A stretch of DNA of 64,000 nt, from positions 2,048,001 through 2,112,000 of the forward strand of contig OY760074.1 in NCBI GenBank assembly GCA_963663035.1, in the 5' to 3' direction. This DNA is from Acidobacteriota bacterium (lineage in GTDB: Bacteria; Acidobacteriota; UBA6911; RPQK01; JADFOI01). Of the stretch, positions 1 to 9,939 are shown piece by piece (the first letter of the stretch is position 1; each line of letters starts with the position of its first letter). A program made the translations under genes and the position numbers. The notes under the pieces were generated by a model. It saw only the letters and a program-made list of their open reading frames with translations. It was not told the origin of the DNA and did no database searches.

Positions 1-124
1 GGATTGGGGCAGCTGGGGGCTCTTCAGGTAGCTCGGCTGTCTCGCGGATTGGGGCAGCTGGGGGCTCTTCAGGTAGCTCGGCTGTCTCGCGGATTGGGGC
101 AGCTGGGGGCTCTTCAGGTAGCTC
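1..124. repeat. 45-bp in-frame tandem repeat (ELPEEPPAAPIRETA units)
   Basis: GGATTGGGGCAGCTGGGGGCTCTTCAGGTAGCTCGGCTGTCTCGC occurs about 2.7 times in the window and likely continues to the left. Confidence 0.95.
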
Positions 125-769
125 CATCTTTTCAGGAGCTGGAGCAGGTGGGCTCTCCGCGACCAGTGCCAACCCAGCCGACAGGTCTTCCAGCGGCTGA
201 GCGATCCTCTCTTGGGGGACCTCCAGATCATCCGAGCCCCTGGCACCCCCATCCAAGACCGCAACACTCAACTGCTGGGATGTAAGGTTTACCGCATCCG
301 CTAACATGGTGCCCGTAAGATCTGCCTTCTTGAGGTTTGCTCCTCGCAGGTTTGCTCCCTTGACGCTCGCGTCCCTGAGCTCCGCCTGACTGAGGTTCGC
401 ATTGGTCAGGTTGGCATCACTGAAATCCACCTGATTGAGCTTGGCCGTGCTCAGGTTTGCTCCCATGAGGTTTGCCCCCATGAGCCTGCCTCCCGTCAGG
501 ATCGCCCCCTTGAGCTTTGCCTTGGTCAGATCGGCTTCGCTGAGGTTCGCTCCCATGAGGTTCCCATGGCTCAGGTCCGCCCCCTTCAGGTTGGCTCCCA
601 TGAGATTCGCTTCGCTCAGATCCGTCGCACTCAGATTCATGCCATGGAGGTCCAGCTCCATGAGCTGCCCGTTGTAAAGGTTGGGACGCTCCTGGGGATT
701 TTTCCTCCTCCACTTGTTCCAGGCCTTTGCGCCTTTCTGTAGGATCTCCAGATGTTTCGGCTTAGCCAT
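1..769 (-). CDS. Pentapeptide-repeat protein with Pro/Glu-rich repeat region (3' end beyond window)
   Basis: ATG at 769 opens MAKPKHLEILQKGAKAWNKWRRKNP, followed by A(N/D)LxxA-type pentapeptides (ANLMG, ANLKG, ADLSH). The frame stays open to base 1, which explains its absence from the ORF track. Confidence 0.9.
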   Translation of the reverse strand, partial: MAKPKHLEILQKGAKAWNKWRRKNPQERPNLYNGQLMELDLHGMNLSATDLSEANLMGANLKGADLSHGNLMGANLSEADLTKAKLKGAILTGGRLMGANLMGANLSTAKLNQVDFSDANLTNANLSQAELRDASVKGANLRGANLKKADLTGTMLADAVNLTSQQLSVAVLDGGARGSDDLEVPQERIAQPLEDLSAGLALVAESPPAPAPEKMELPEEPPAAPIRETAELPEEPPAAPIRETAELPEEPPAAPI

Positions 770-971
770 TAGTGGTTACCTCTTAAGGATTGCCCCAGCA
801 AACCCACTCAATCCAGTGTCCTATAAATATTGATGGCCGTTCAAGCCGGACTCCCACAGCCTGGCACTTCTTCACTTCGAAGGCAGCGACCTTGAAGGCT
901 CTCACCCTCCACGGTATACTCCCGCGAGAGCAAGGCCCGGGTGAAATGAATCAGTTTGCAAAGGAGGCACC

Positions 972-1520
972 ATGAGATCTTACGGAGCGAAGGAGCTGAG
1001 CAGAAGTTTCCAGACGGTCCGGAACAACACCATCACGCTTGCCGAAGAGATTCCGGAGGATCAGTACGACTTTCAAGCGGCTCCCGACACCCGAACTGTG
1101 TCACAGCTGCTGACCCACATCGCACTGGCCTTCCAATTCCAGCACCAAATCCATACTCTGGAGGGCCTGACAACTCTTGAGGGGTTTGACTTTCAGTCGG
1201 CCATGCAGCCTCTCAGATCTCAGGAGCAGCAGCCCAGAACCAGAGATGAGATCATCGAGCTGTTGCGGGACAACGGCCAGAAGTGGGCCGAATGGCTGGA
1301 AGGTCTATCCGAGGACTTCCTGGCAGAACGTGTGGGCATGCCGCAAGGTGTGACGCCCGCCGAAAAGAGCCGCTTTGAGATGATTCTTTCAGTCAAAGAG
1401 CACGAAATGCACCACCGGGGCCAGCTCATGTTGATTCAGCGAATGCTGGGCCTGGTGCCACACTTGACGCGCCAGATGCAGGCCCGCATGGCCCAAATGC
1501 AGGATGCCGACAAGGCTTAG
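972..1520 (+). CDS. DinB family protein
   Basis: LLTHIA and HEMHHRGQL motifs; AAGGAGG RBS. Confidence 0.9.
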   Translation: MRSYGAKELSRSFQTVRNNTITLAEEIPEDQYDFQAAPDTRTVSQLLTHIALAFQFQHQIHTLEGLTTLEGFDFQSAMQPLRSQEQQPRTRDEIIELLRDNGQKWAEWLEGLSEDFLAERVGMPQGVTPAEKSRFEMILSVKEHEMHHRGQLMLIQRMLGLVPHLTRQMQARMAQMQDADKA

Positions 1521-1538
1521 TGCTTAGTGATTAGTGCT

Positions 1539-2516
1539 TCACTCGAGCAGACCTGTCTCTTTGAAGTATCGTTCTGCCCCTTTGTGGAAGGGAAGAACGG
1601 GTCCAAGGACTGCCATTTCGCGGCTGAACTCTTCCATTGAGGGATGGATCGCCCGGACCTCATCCAAGTGCTCCAGTATTGCCTTGGCGATTTGATAAAC
1701 AAGCTCTTCGGGGGTGTCCTCGCGCACCAGTATGAGGCTGGAGGTAGCCAAGGTAGGGATATTCTCACTCAAACCGTAGACTTCCCCGGAGATGGCTGCA
1801 GATACGAAATAGGGATATTTCTCCGTAACCATCTTGGTGTATTCATCGCTCACCGGCAGCATTCGAAAGCTATGGGTTATGGCAAACTCCAGGAGAGAAG
1901 CAGCGGGTGGGGCCATATACAGTACCGCAGCGTCAACACGATGGTCCCCCAAGGCTTGCAGTGAATCCCGAAACGGCAAATAGATGGGGGTGAAATCCTC
2001 AAAGGATATTCCCATCTCTTGATACACCTCTTTTTGCCTGGGAATCGCCCCATGCCCGGGAGGACCCAACACGACCCTTTGTCCCGCTATGTCCTCCACG
2101 GACTTTAAGGGAGAATCTTCCAGCACGACCATCTGAAGATAGCCAAGCTGGAAGGTTGCTATGAGAGTGCGGAGGTTGCTAAAAGACTGCTTATAGGGAG
2201 GGTCTCCCTGGAAACCATTTAAGGCAGTGGCTGCGATGGAAAGCCCTATGTCGGCCTGTTGGGTTCCCAGAAGGCGTACGTTTTGAACTCCGCCCTCCGT
2301 AGACTCGACATTGACCTGAATACCGGGGACGTATCTGTTGATGATGTTCCCGATCACTCCACCGATGGGATGCCAGCTGCCTCCGCTTGGGCCCGAGGCA
2401 ATACTCAACACCGTTTCCCTCTGCCCACAGGTGGTCAAAGAAAGAATGGCAAACACTGCAACAATGATCCTGATAGCTGCTCTTGTCATCACTCTCACCT
2501 TCACTCGAACTGGCAA
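1539..2516 (-). CDS. TAXI-family TRAP solute-binding protein (start may be slightly downstream)
   Basis: ASGPSGGSW, STEGGVQN and PFHKGAERYFKE motifs; lipobox-like LTTC. Confidence 0.9.
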   Translation of the reverse strand: MPVRVKVRVMTRAAIRIIVAVFAILSLTTCGQRETVLSIASGPSGGSWHPIGGVIGNIINRYVPGIQVNVESTEGGVQNVRLLGTQQADIGLSIAATALNGFQGDPPYKQSFSNLRTLIATFQLGYLQMVVLEDSPLKSVEDIAGQRVVLGPPGHGAIPRQKEVYQEMGISFEDFTPIYLPFRDSLQALGDHRVDAAVLYMAPPAASLLEFAITHSFRMLPVSDEYTKMVTEKYPYFVSAAISGEVYGLSENIPTLATSSLILVREDTPEELVYQIAKAILEHLDEVRAIHPSMEEFSREMAVLGPVLPFHKGAERYFKETGLLE

Positions 2517-2826
2517 CTCTGACCAGCCTTTTCACTCATTATAGATGGAGTCACGCTGCATTCCCAACCTTTAATCTGTGCAGGAAAAAAGAGCTCCCCG
2601 ATTTCTCTGCCTGAAACTGCGGTTGCTGAAGGCCCAGGGCACTAGCCCGCACATGTTTTGGTGATCTCTATCACTGAAAAACTCATGGGATGTCACTAGA
2701 ATCTTCTAGAATAAAATAGAATGATGAAGTGTCGCAAGACGACAAGAGACTTAGTCAAGAGGTAAATTGGCCCTTATCGGGTGGTTAACTAAACATGGGA
2801 ATGGTTTTGAAAGGGGGATACGACGT

Positions 2827-3471
2827 ATGAATGGCAGAAAAATACTTGTCTTTGTCAATACCCTGGTTTTCTTAAGCCTTGCCACTCTATCCGCCCAAAA
2901 CACGGATTTTGAGGTCACAACTGCGCTTGTAACGACCAGGATCGAAAACCGGGTGCCAGAGACACAGACATCGGAAAACAGATTTCCTGCAACCGTGGAC
3001 AAGCTCATCTATTTCACACAGATCGAAGAGGCCGCAGCGCCCACCACAATCCTCCACGAATGGTACTGGGAAGGGGAATTGCTGGCCAGCATTCCACTAG
3101 CAATAGCCGCTGAGCGTTGGAGAACCTGGAGTTCAAAAACCATCATGCCCCACCAGACCGGGAACTGGACTGTCGTCTCGAAAAGGCCCGATGGTAGTAC
3201 AGCTCAAAACACTTCTTTCTCTATCGACAGCGATATGCGGACTGTCCAGCTGCACATTGAAAGTAATCCTGGTGACGCCATTGTGTATGAAGGCAGCACT
3301 ATCTTGGGAACTACGGGAACCGATGGTCTGAGCATCGTCTGGTTCTGGGAAGAGGGAGAATACACCCTGGATATTACCAAGCCTGGCTATCAGTCTGGGG
3401 CAATCAAGCTCACGGTTGAAGACCCTGTCACTCGCATCCAGGAAGTCGTCCAGCTGCAAGGAAGCCCGTAG
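2827..3471 (+). CDS. Exported DUF2914-like protein with C-terminal PEGA-like domain
   Basis: Signal peptide; HEWYWEG, WRTWSSK and GNWTV; C-terminal IESNPGDA...YTLDITKPGY. Confidence 0.75.
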   Translation: MNGRKILVFVNTLVFLSLATLSAQNTDFEVTTALVTTRIENRVPETQTSENRFPATVDKLIYFTQIEEAAAPTTILHEWYWEGELLASIPLAIAAERWRTWSSKTIMPHQTGNWTVVSKRPDGSTAQNTSFSIDSDMRTVQLHIESNPGDAIVYEGSTILGTTGTDGLSIVWFWEEGEYTLDITKPGYQSGAIKLTVEDPVTRIQEVVQLQGSP

Positions 3472-3529
3472 CCTGACAAGTCCTGAAGGGCGCGGAGAAC
3501 GAAGAGATTGGCCTTCCTGGCCAACCGCC

Positions 3530-4330
3530 CTAGCCGGGACGGCGGAAGTCCAGCAAATACTCGAAAGTAACACCCATCGTGATGTAGTTGCTGGGCCAGC
3601 CAAAAATGCCGACGCGATTCACGATATTGGTGCGATCCCAGATGATGATGTTACGAAGCTCGTAGCCAACACTCTGGAGAGCCTCGATCAGCGCCACGTG
3701 GATTAGGATCCTTTTGTCCTCCCACCACATATCTGGCACATTGATGACACAGTGGGCCTTGGGACGCAGGAACGGCAACAGGTTTGCATAAATACTGGCC
3801 ATCCCAGCAGCGTACTTCTCCAGCGGAAGAAGGCCCAAATCACGTGAGTCCTGCGAATACTGTTCGACTCTCATGTACTGTTCATTTTTCCGATCTTTGG
3901 TCCGTCGGCTCTTGTTCTTTCGCCTCCGATTGAGAAGGTTTGCATAGGGCGGAGATGTGAGAATGAGCGAGAGGGTTTCTTCCTCTAAATAATGTGAGAC
4001 TTTCCGTGCATCTTCGTGAAAGGCAATCTGACGACACTTTCCGCGCAAGCTTTCTTGTCCCAATCTCTCAAGACAGAGATCAATGTAACTCTTCTGTAAG
4101 TCGAAGCCCACTGCATTTCTGTCAAGGTCCCGAGCCGCAACCATGGTGGTTCCCGATGCCACAAAGGGATCAAGCACCAGCTCTCCCTGGTGCGTAAAGA
4201 GCTCTATACATCTTTTAGCCAGGGAGATAGGAAAAACGGCTGGATGGAGTTTCTTGTCGCGAATGTCTCTTCCTTCGTAGTAGGACTGCCACACACCCAG
4301 CTGTGCTTTGAGCCACTCCTTTGCTGACAT
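3530..4330 (-). CDS. Orphan N4-C/N6-A DNA methyltransferase (N-terminus probably extends upstream across a G9 tract)
   Basis: HPAVFP, VLDPFVASGTT (motif I) and TSPPY (motif IV); no restriction enzyme adjacent. Confidence 0.88.
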   Translation of the reverse strand: MSAKEWLKAQLGVWQSYYEGRDIRDKKLHPAVFPISLAKRCIELFTHQGELVLDPFVASGTTMVAARDLDRNAVGFDLQKSYIDLCLERLGQESLRGKCRQIAFHEDARKVSHYLEEETLSLILTSPPYANLLNRRRKNKSRRTKDRKNEQYMRVEQYSQDSRDLGLLPLEKYAAGMASIYANLLPFLRPKAHCVINVPDMWWEDKRILIHVALIEALQSVGYELRNIIIWDRTNIVNRVGIFGWPSNYITMGVTFEYLLDFRRPG

Positions 4331-4564
4331 GCAATTGAGGTGCTTGGGTGAACAGGAACAGATTCTCTGGCACGGGATGTCAGCTTGGGGGGGGGCGATT
4401 CTTCGACCTGGTTGCGGAAAGACGACTCATTTCATGCTCACAGCCAATCAAAATTATAACTTCTGGGTCCGTCAATCGTGCAGAGATCCATGTGTGCTAT
4501 TTTTTTGAGTTTTTGTGACGACCACCACCCCAAAACATACTTTTATTGGCTATCCTGTCTTCAG

Positions 4565-6424
4565 ATGCACAAAGAAAACATCGCCGGGAAGACCCTCGGC
4601 TCAGGACTCAGGCACCGCAAGGAGCACAGATCCTGGAGCTGGGCGACCATCTCCCAGGAACTCGAACGGGCAATGGGTCAGACAGCCCCCCCCAAGACCA
4701 GTGTCTTCGGATACTCCACTGGAGAAGTGGAGCGACCGAACGTGTTGGTGGAGCGATATATTCAGGAGGCAATCAATAGACGCAGGATCGACGCAGTTCA
4801 AGAGCCACCAAGCCGGAGTCAAATACACTTTAGCGAGCTGGTTGAAAATGCCAGGGACCTCATCTTCCGCTATCGTCTTGCACAGCCGCAAGGCTTTGAA
4901 TATATGAGCCCGGTGGTCCAGGAGATGCTGGGCTACACCCCAGAAGACTTCTACACCGACCCCAGCCTGATCCACAAGCTCATTCACCCCGAGGACCGGC
5001 AGAGGCTGGAGCAGTCTCTCCAGGGAAAAGGTCCATATCATGAGCGGGAGACTCTTCGATGGGTGCACAGGAACGGTGGGATGCTGTGGATTCAGTGGGT
5101 GAACGTGCCCATCTATGACGAATCCGGAAACCGAGTGGCCATTGAGTGCATCGCCCGCGACATCACTTCCCAGGTGGAGGCGGAAGCAACCGCCATCCAC
5201 TTAGCCGCCATTGTCAAGTCCTCCAACGATGCCATCATTAGCACTGCACCAGATGGCTCAATTGTCAGCTGGAATGCCGCCGCGGAGCGTCTCTTTGGCT
5301 ACACGGCCCAAGAGGTGATCGGACGCACCGCCGCGATCCTCCGGCCAGGGTACAAGGCGGGGCAGTATTCTGAGATTTTTGAGAGACTCATAAAAGGCGA
5401 ACGGTTAGAATATTCTGACACGGTAGGAGTTTGCAAAAGCGGCCGGCGAGTTCACCTCTCTGTAAACATCTCTCCCATCCGAAATAACCTAGGTCAGATC
5501 ATTGGGTTCTCCGCGATCGTCCGCGACATCATAGAGCGCAAGTGGGCCGAGGAAAAGAATCGGAAGAGCCAGGAACGCTACCAACAGCTGTTCGAGAACG
5601 CGCCAGATATGATGGCTGTGATTTCCTATCCGGACGGAGAGGTCCTGGAATGCAACCAAACTCTGGTGGATGAGGTTGGCCTGAACAAAGAAGAGATCGT
5701 GGGGCGCTCCTGGCTGAAACTGTATCCTTCCGATTCCCGAGAGACGGCCCAGGAAACGTTTACGACCTATGTCCAGACAGGCAAACTACCCTGGAAGGAG
5801 CGTACCCTCCTGCGAGCCGACGGAAGCACCTTTCCTGCTCTGGTACAGGTGATGCCGATCTCTGATGAAGCAGGCTCAATTGTGGCCACTCACGTTACCT
5901 GGCGAGACATCAGCGACCTGAAACAGACCCAACAGGCTCTAGAGCAAAAGGAAAGAGAGCTATTCGCGTCTCAAAAGATGGAAGCCATTGGAACCTTGGC
6001 CGGTGGCATTGCCCATGACTTCAACAACCTCCTGACCGGTATTCGAGGCTACGCACAATTACTGCAGGAGAAACTAGAGCCAGCCTCTCCTCAAAGCAAG
6101 GATGTCCTTGAGATACTGGCATGTTCTGATCGTGCTGCGGCCTTAACAGCTCACCTTTTGGCCTTCAGCCGAAGACAACTCTTCGACCCCGTAGTCCTCC
6201 ATCTCAACTCAGTGATCGAGAACACCTGCAAAATACTCAAACGGCTGATTGGAGAGGACATAAGCCTGAACTTCGTGGCTGCCACGAACCGAGACAATAT
6301 TCGAGCCGATCCGGGTTACATCGAGCAGGTACTGATGAATCTGACCATCAATGGACGCGACGCCATGCCCGATGGGGGCACACTCACCATCACAACTTCC
6401 CACGTGACGGTGAAGCAGAACTGA
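4565..6424 (+). pseudogene. Multi-PAS hybrid histidine kinase, 5' fragment (IS-disrupted)
   Basis: Three PAS/PAC domains, H-box LAGGIAHDFNNLL, N-box QVLMNLTINGRDAM. The stop codon is the terminal TGA of the IS3. Confidence 0.9.
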
Positions 6425-6487
6425 CCTTGCCCCCTAAAACGAGTCCAGTTTGAATGTTAGGATTTCCGGTTTAGGAAGGAGGCAAGG

Positions 6488-6766
6488 ATGGCAGGGAAGC
6501 GGTTTAGGGCAGAACAGATCATCATGAAGCTGCGTGAGGCAGAGGTGGGTCTGGCCCAAGGACAGAGGGTGGGACAGGTGTCGAAGCAGATGGGGGTGAG
6601 CGAGCAGACCTACTACCGGTGGCGCAAAGAGTACGGAGGGCTCCGGTTGGACCAGGCCAAGAGGTTGAAGGTGTTGGAGAAGGAGAATACCCGGTTGAAG
6701 AAGCTGGTGGCGGATCTGTCTTTGGACAAGCAGATCCTGAAGGAAGTGTCCTCGGGAAACTTCTAG
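6488..6766 (+). CDS. IS3 transposase OrfA
   Basis: [19 protein letters not shown] and leucine zipper; GGGAAAC slippery site at 6754-6760. Confidence 0.93.
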   Translation: MAGKRFRAEQIIMKLREAEVGLAQGQRVGQVSKQMGVSEQTYYRWRKEYGGLRLDQAKRLKVLEKENTRLKKLVADLSLDKQILKEVSSGNF

Positions 6767-7659
6767 GCCCGGCGAACAGGAGACGAGCGGTGATGTGGGT
6801 ACGAGAGCGATTAGGAGCAGAGCGAGTCTCCGAACGTCGGGCCTGCCAAGTGCTGGGACAGGTTCGATCGACCCAGCGAAGGGAAAGGCAAATTCCCGAT
6901 GATGAGGCCCGATTGGTGGCCCGGATGGTGGAGTTGGCTACGCAATACGGGCGTTATGGCTACCGGCGGGTCACGGCGATACTTCATGGGGAAGGGTGGA
7001 AGGTGAATCCTAAGCGGGTGGAGAGGCTGTGGAGACAAGAAGGGCTGAAAGTCCCGTCCAGACAGCCGAAACGAAGGAGGCTGTGGCTTAATGACGGTTC
7101 CTGTGTTCGGTTACGAGCGGCTCGCAAGAACCACGTCTGGAGCTATGATTTCGTGCATGAACGGACCCATGATGGGCGAGCCTTTCGGCTATTGACGATC
7201 CTGGATGAGTACACCAGAGAGTGCCTCGCCATTGATGTGAAACGGCAGATGAATCACCAAGACGTGTTGGACCGGCTGGCGGAGTTATTCGTTGATCGGG
7301 GAGTGCCTGAGTTTATCCGGTCCGATAACGGATCGGAGTTTACGGCACAGGCGGTCCGGGACTGGCTGCAGGCTGTTGGGGTAAGGACCTTGTACATCGA
7401 GCCGGGCAGCCCCTGGGAGAATGGGTACATTGAGAGTTTCAACGGGAAACTACGGGATGAGCTGCTGAACATGGAGATCTTCGACACGCTGGGGGAAGCC
7501 AAGGTGTTGGTAGAACGCTGGCGGAGGGATTACAATCAGATCCGGCCTCACAGCGCCTTGGCCTATCGGCCGCCGGCGCCAGAGGCCAAACTACCTAGGT
7601 CGCAGGCACTGGATCCAATCCCTTGGAGTGGACTTCAAATGGTCCCGGGTCTAGCATAG
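6757..7659 (+). CDS. IS3 transposase OrfB (rve/DDE), -1 frameshift fusion; start approximate
   Basis: [35 protein letters not shown] and RPHSAL motifs. Confidence 0.93.
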   Translation, partial: KLLGPANRRRAVMWVRERLGAERVSERRACQVLGQVRSTQRRERQIPDDEARLVARMVELATQYGRYGYRRVTAILHGEGWKVNPKRVERLWRQEGLKVPSRQPKRRRLWLNDGSCVRLRAARKNHVWSYDFVHERTHDGRAFRLLTILDEYTRECLAIDVKRQMNHQDVLDRLAELFVDRGVPEFIRSDNGSEFTAQAVRDWLQAVGVRTLYIEPGSPWENGYIESFNGKLRDELLNMEIFDTLGEAKVLVERWRRDYNQIRPHSALAYRPPAPEAKLPRSQALDPIPWSGLQMVPGLA

Positions 7660-7688
7660 AGGGTGGACTCGTTCGTGGGGGCAGGTCA

Positions 7689-8375
7689 CCCGTCTCGCCA
7701 TCGAATAGCAGCAGCGGATGATACATGTGCTCGCGATAATAGCCGTGGTAAAAGCTGAACTCCTGCTGCCCATGCGTGACGTCATCCGTGCTGTCGATGT
7801 CCAGGATGATCTTCTCGGGCCGGCTCTTCTTGCGGTGCTTCAAGTAGGTCTCCAGCAGCCACTGTCCCAGGCGAGTGAGATCCTTCGAGTCCACCGAGTT
7901 CTCCAGTCGCGACAGCGTGGGTTGAGAAGCCAGATCCGGATCGCTTTCCGGCAGCCGATCACACACGGTCTTGAAGATGGGATCCGAGCGCAAGCTGTCG
8001 GCATCGTTGCAGTCCTCATAGCCGGCCACGATCTGAAAGCTGCGCTGGGTGAGCAGTTCGCGAATCTGGTGGCGGACGTAGCGGCTATCTCGAGCGTCCT
8101 TCAGGCAGGAGGCAAAGCCAGCCGTCAGTCCGTGCTGTTGATCCAGGGCGTACAGACACAGCAGCCCGGCATCGGAGGAGAGCCGGCCTCCATCGAATCG
8201 AGCCACCACTTTTCTGTCAGGGTGAGATGGCAAGTTGATCTGGCAGACTGATGCATCGCTGGGCCGTACCTTTTTGGTTTGGAGTTGTTTCATAACCCCT
8301 TTTATATCAAAGAGGTACGGCATCTTTTTGTGCCCTCGATCAGACCCCTTCTTCAGAATTTATGAATAATCCGGG
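7689..8375 (-). mobile_element. Truncated IS1380 copy (left 687 bp only)
   Basis: Near-identical to 23845-24531. The left IR CCCGGATTATTCATAA abuts CTAG at 8376-8379; the copy is cut at the IS3 end. Confidence 0.95.
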
Positions 8376-9041
8376 CTAGAAGCTGGCCGCTACGTGGTAC
8401 TGGTCGTAACCGACACTGGCTGTGGAATGGATCAAGCGACACAGCAAAGGATCTTTGAGCCTTTCTTTACGACCAAGGACGTGGGCGACGGAACAGGTCT
8501 GGGTTTGTCCACTGTCTATGGCATTATCAAACAGCACCACGGTTACATCTGGGTAGACAGCCAACCCGGCGAGGGGTCAAGCTTCACCATCTATTTACCA
8601 TCCACGGATAAAGAGGTGGAAGAGAAGACTAAGCAGGTCAAGCAAGAGGGGACACTCAAGGGCTCTGAAGTGATCTTGGTTGCAGAGGACGAAGAGCCGG
8701 TGCGCGAGGTCTTAAACCGTGTCCTGAAGGAGTTGGGATACACGGTCCTCTCCGCGAGCCATGCGCAAGAGGCGGAAGCACTACTTATGAAGCACGATGG
8801 TGAGATCGACCTTCTTTTGAGTGATGTCATCATGCCTGGTCGAAGCGGCCCAGCTCTGTATAGCAGGCTCAAGGACAAGCGGCCCTCCCTGAGGGTCTTA
8901 TACATGTCCGGCTATGCCGAAACCATGTTCGGCTCCTTGGATCCTTGCGCTCCCTTCCTTTCCAAGCCTTTCACCCATGAGATCCTGGCACAGAAGGTGC
9001 GAGAGGTACTCGATGGCAAGAGAGTGGAGGCTGGACGATAA
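8376..9041 (+). pseudogene. Hybrid histidine kinase, 3' fragment (HATPase G boxes plus receiver)
   Basis: Resumes LEAGRYVVLVVTDTGCGM...FEPFFTTK...GTGLGL; receiver AEDE, SDVIMP, KPF. Confidence 0.9.
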
Positions 9042-9086
9042 GTGCTCCACTAAAGTTTCACCTCAACCTGTAGCGAGAAGAAGACT

Positions 9087-9533
9087 ATGACACAAAAGTC
9101 AGCTACCAAAATTCTAATCGTCGACGATGAGTTCTACATACGGGACATCCTCTCGCAATGGTTAACGGAGGAGGGATACGAGTGTGTCACCGCCGGGGGC
9201 GTCGATGAAGCCTGTAAGCTACTGACAGAGCATAGCTTCTCTTTGGCCCTGTTGGATATCATGATGCACGAGAAGCCGGGGACCGTCATTCTTCAGGGAC
9301 TCAGGGAAGACCAACCGCAGATCGCCGTTCTTATGGTGACTGCTTTGGACGATCCTGGGATCGTCGCGGAAACCGATCGGTTTGGTGCTTCCGGATACAT
9401 CACCAAACCATTCGATCGAGATGAGATTACCGGTAATGTTGCCAGTGCGCTGCGGCGTCGTGAAGAGGCTCTGCAAGCCGGAGAGTCTCAAATGCGCCTG
9501 GAGCAAGAACTCCGGGAACTGAAATCCGGCTAG
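9087..9533 (+). CDS. Response regulator receiver protein
   Basis: ILIVDDE, LLDIMM and YITKPF motifs. Confidence 0.9.
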   Translation: MTQKSATKILIVDDEFYIRDILSQWLTEEGYECVTAGGVDEACKLLTEHSFSLALLDIMMHEKPGTVILQGLREDQPQIAVLMVTALDDPGIVAETDRFGASGYITKPFDRDEITGNVASALRRREEALQAGESQMRLEQELRELKSG

Positions 9534-9553
9534 CCCGGTTGACCTGCCCTTCC

Positions 9554-9928
9554 CTACTCCTCGGAAAGAGCAGGCACAGAGGAAACATCAGGCGGATCCG
9601 GGATCGACTCCAGGTATTCGTAGATGTCTCGCAGCTTTTCGTCGGTCAGTACCTTGGGTGAGTAAGCCGGCATGACATTAGGAGGCCGCCGCACCACGCT
9701 GGAGAAGGCCGCGAAGGGCAGCGGATCGGGGGCAAGGCGCGGGCCGCTCCCTCCATTGCCGTCATAGCCGTGGCACTGATAGCAGCCCATTTCGATGTAC
9801 TCCTCACTACCGGGTGGGAACTGGTCCTCTTCCTGCGCGCCCGCCCCTCTCATCCTTCCACCCAACACCAAGGCGGCTACCACCACAGCGAGGACAAGCA
9901 GGGTCTGTTGACGATTCTTGCTCTTCAT
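9554..9928 (-). CDS. Monoheme cytochrome c
   Basis: Signal peptide, CYQCH haem motif, GPRLA and MPAY. Confidence 0.9.
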   Translation of the reverse strand: MKSKNRQQTLLVLAVVVAALVLGGRMRGAGAQEEDQFPPGSEEYIEMGCYQCHGYDGNGGSGPRLAPDPLPFAAFSSVVRRPPNVMPAYSPKVLTDEKLRDIYEYLESIPDPPDVSSVPALSEE

Positions 9929-9939
9929 GGCTGTACTCC

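Larger units (their letters stand above)
6422..7688 (+). mobile_element. IS3-family element (IS407-like), 1267 bp
   Basis: TG...CA ends with imperfect IRs TGACCTTGCCCCCTAAAACGAGTCCA / TGACCTGCCCCCACGAACGAGTCCA; orfA and orfB; no target duplication. Confidence 0.95.

Noticed and set aside
2642-2655. CTAGCCCGCACATG as another MITE end (similar short matches at 3530 and 9530)
   Set aside because: The matches are too short, with no partner IR or internal similarity.
7595-8323. 242-aa ORF as an intact transposase
   Set aside because: It is the truncated IS1380 transposase reading into the IS3 end.
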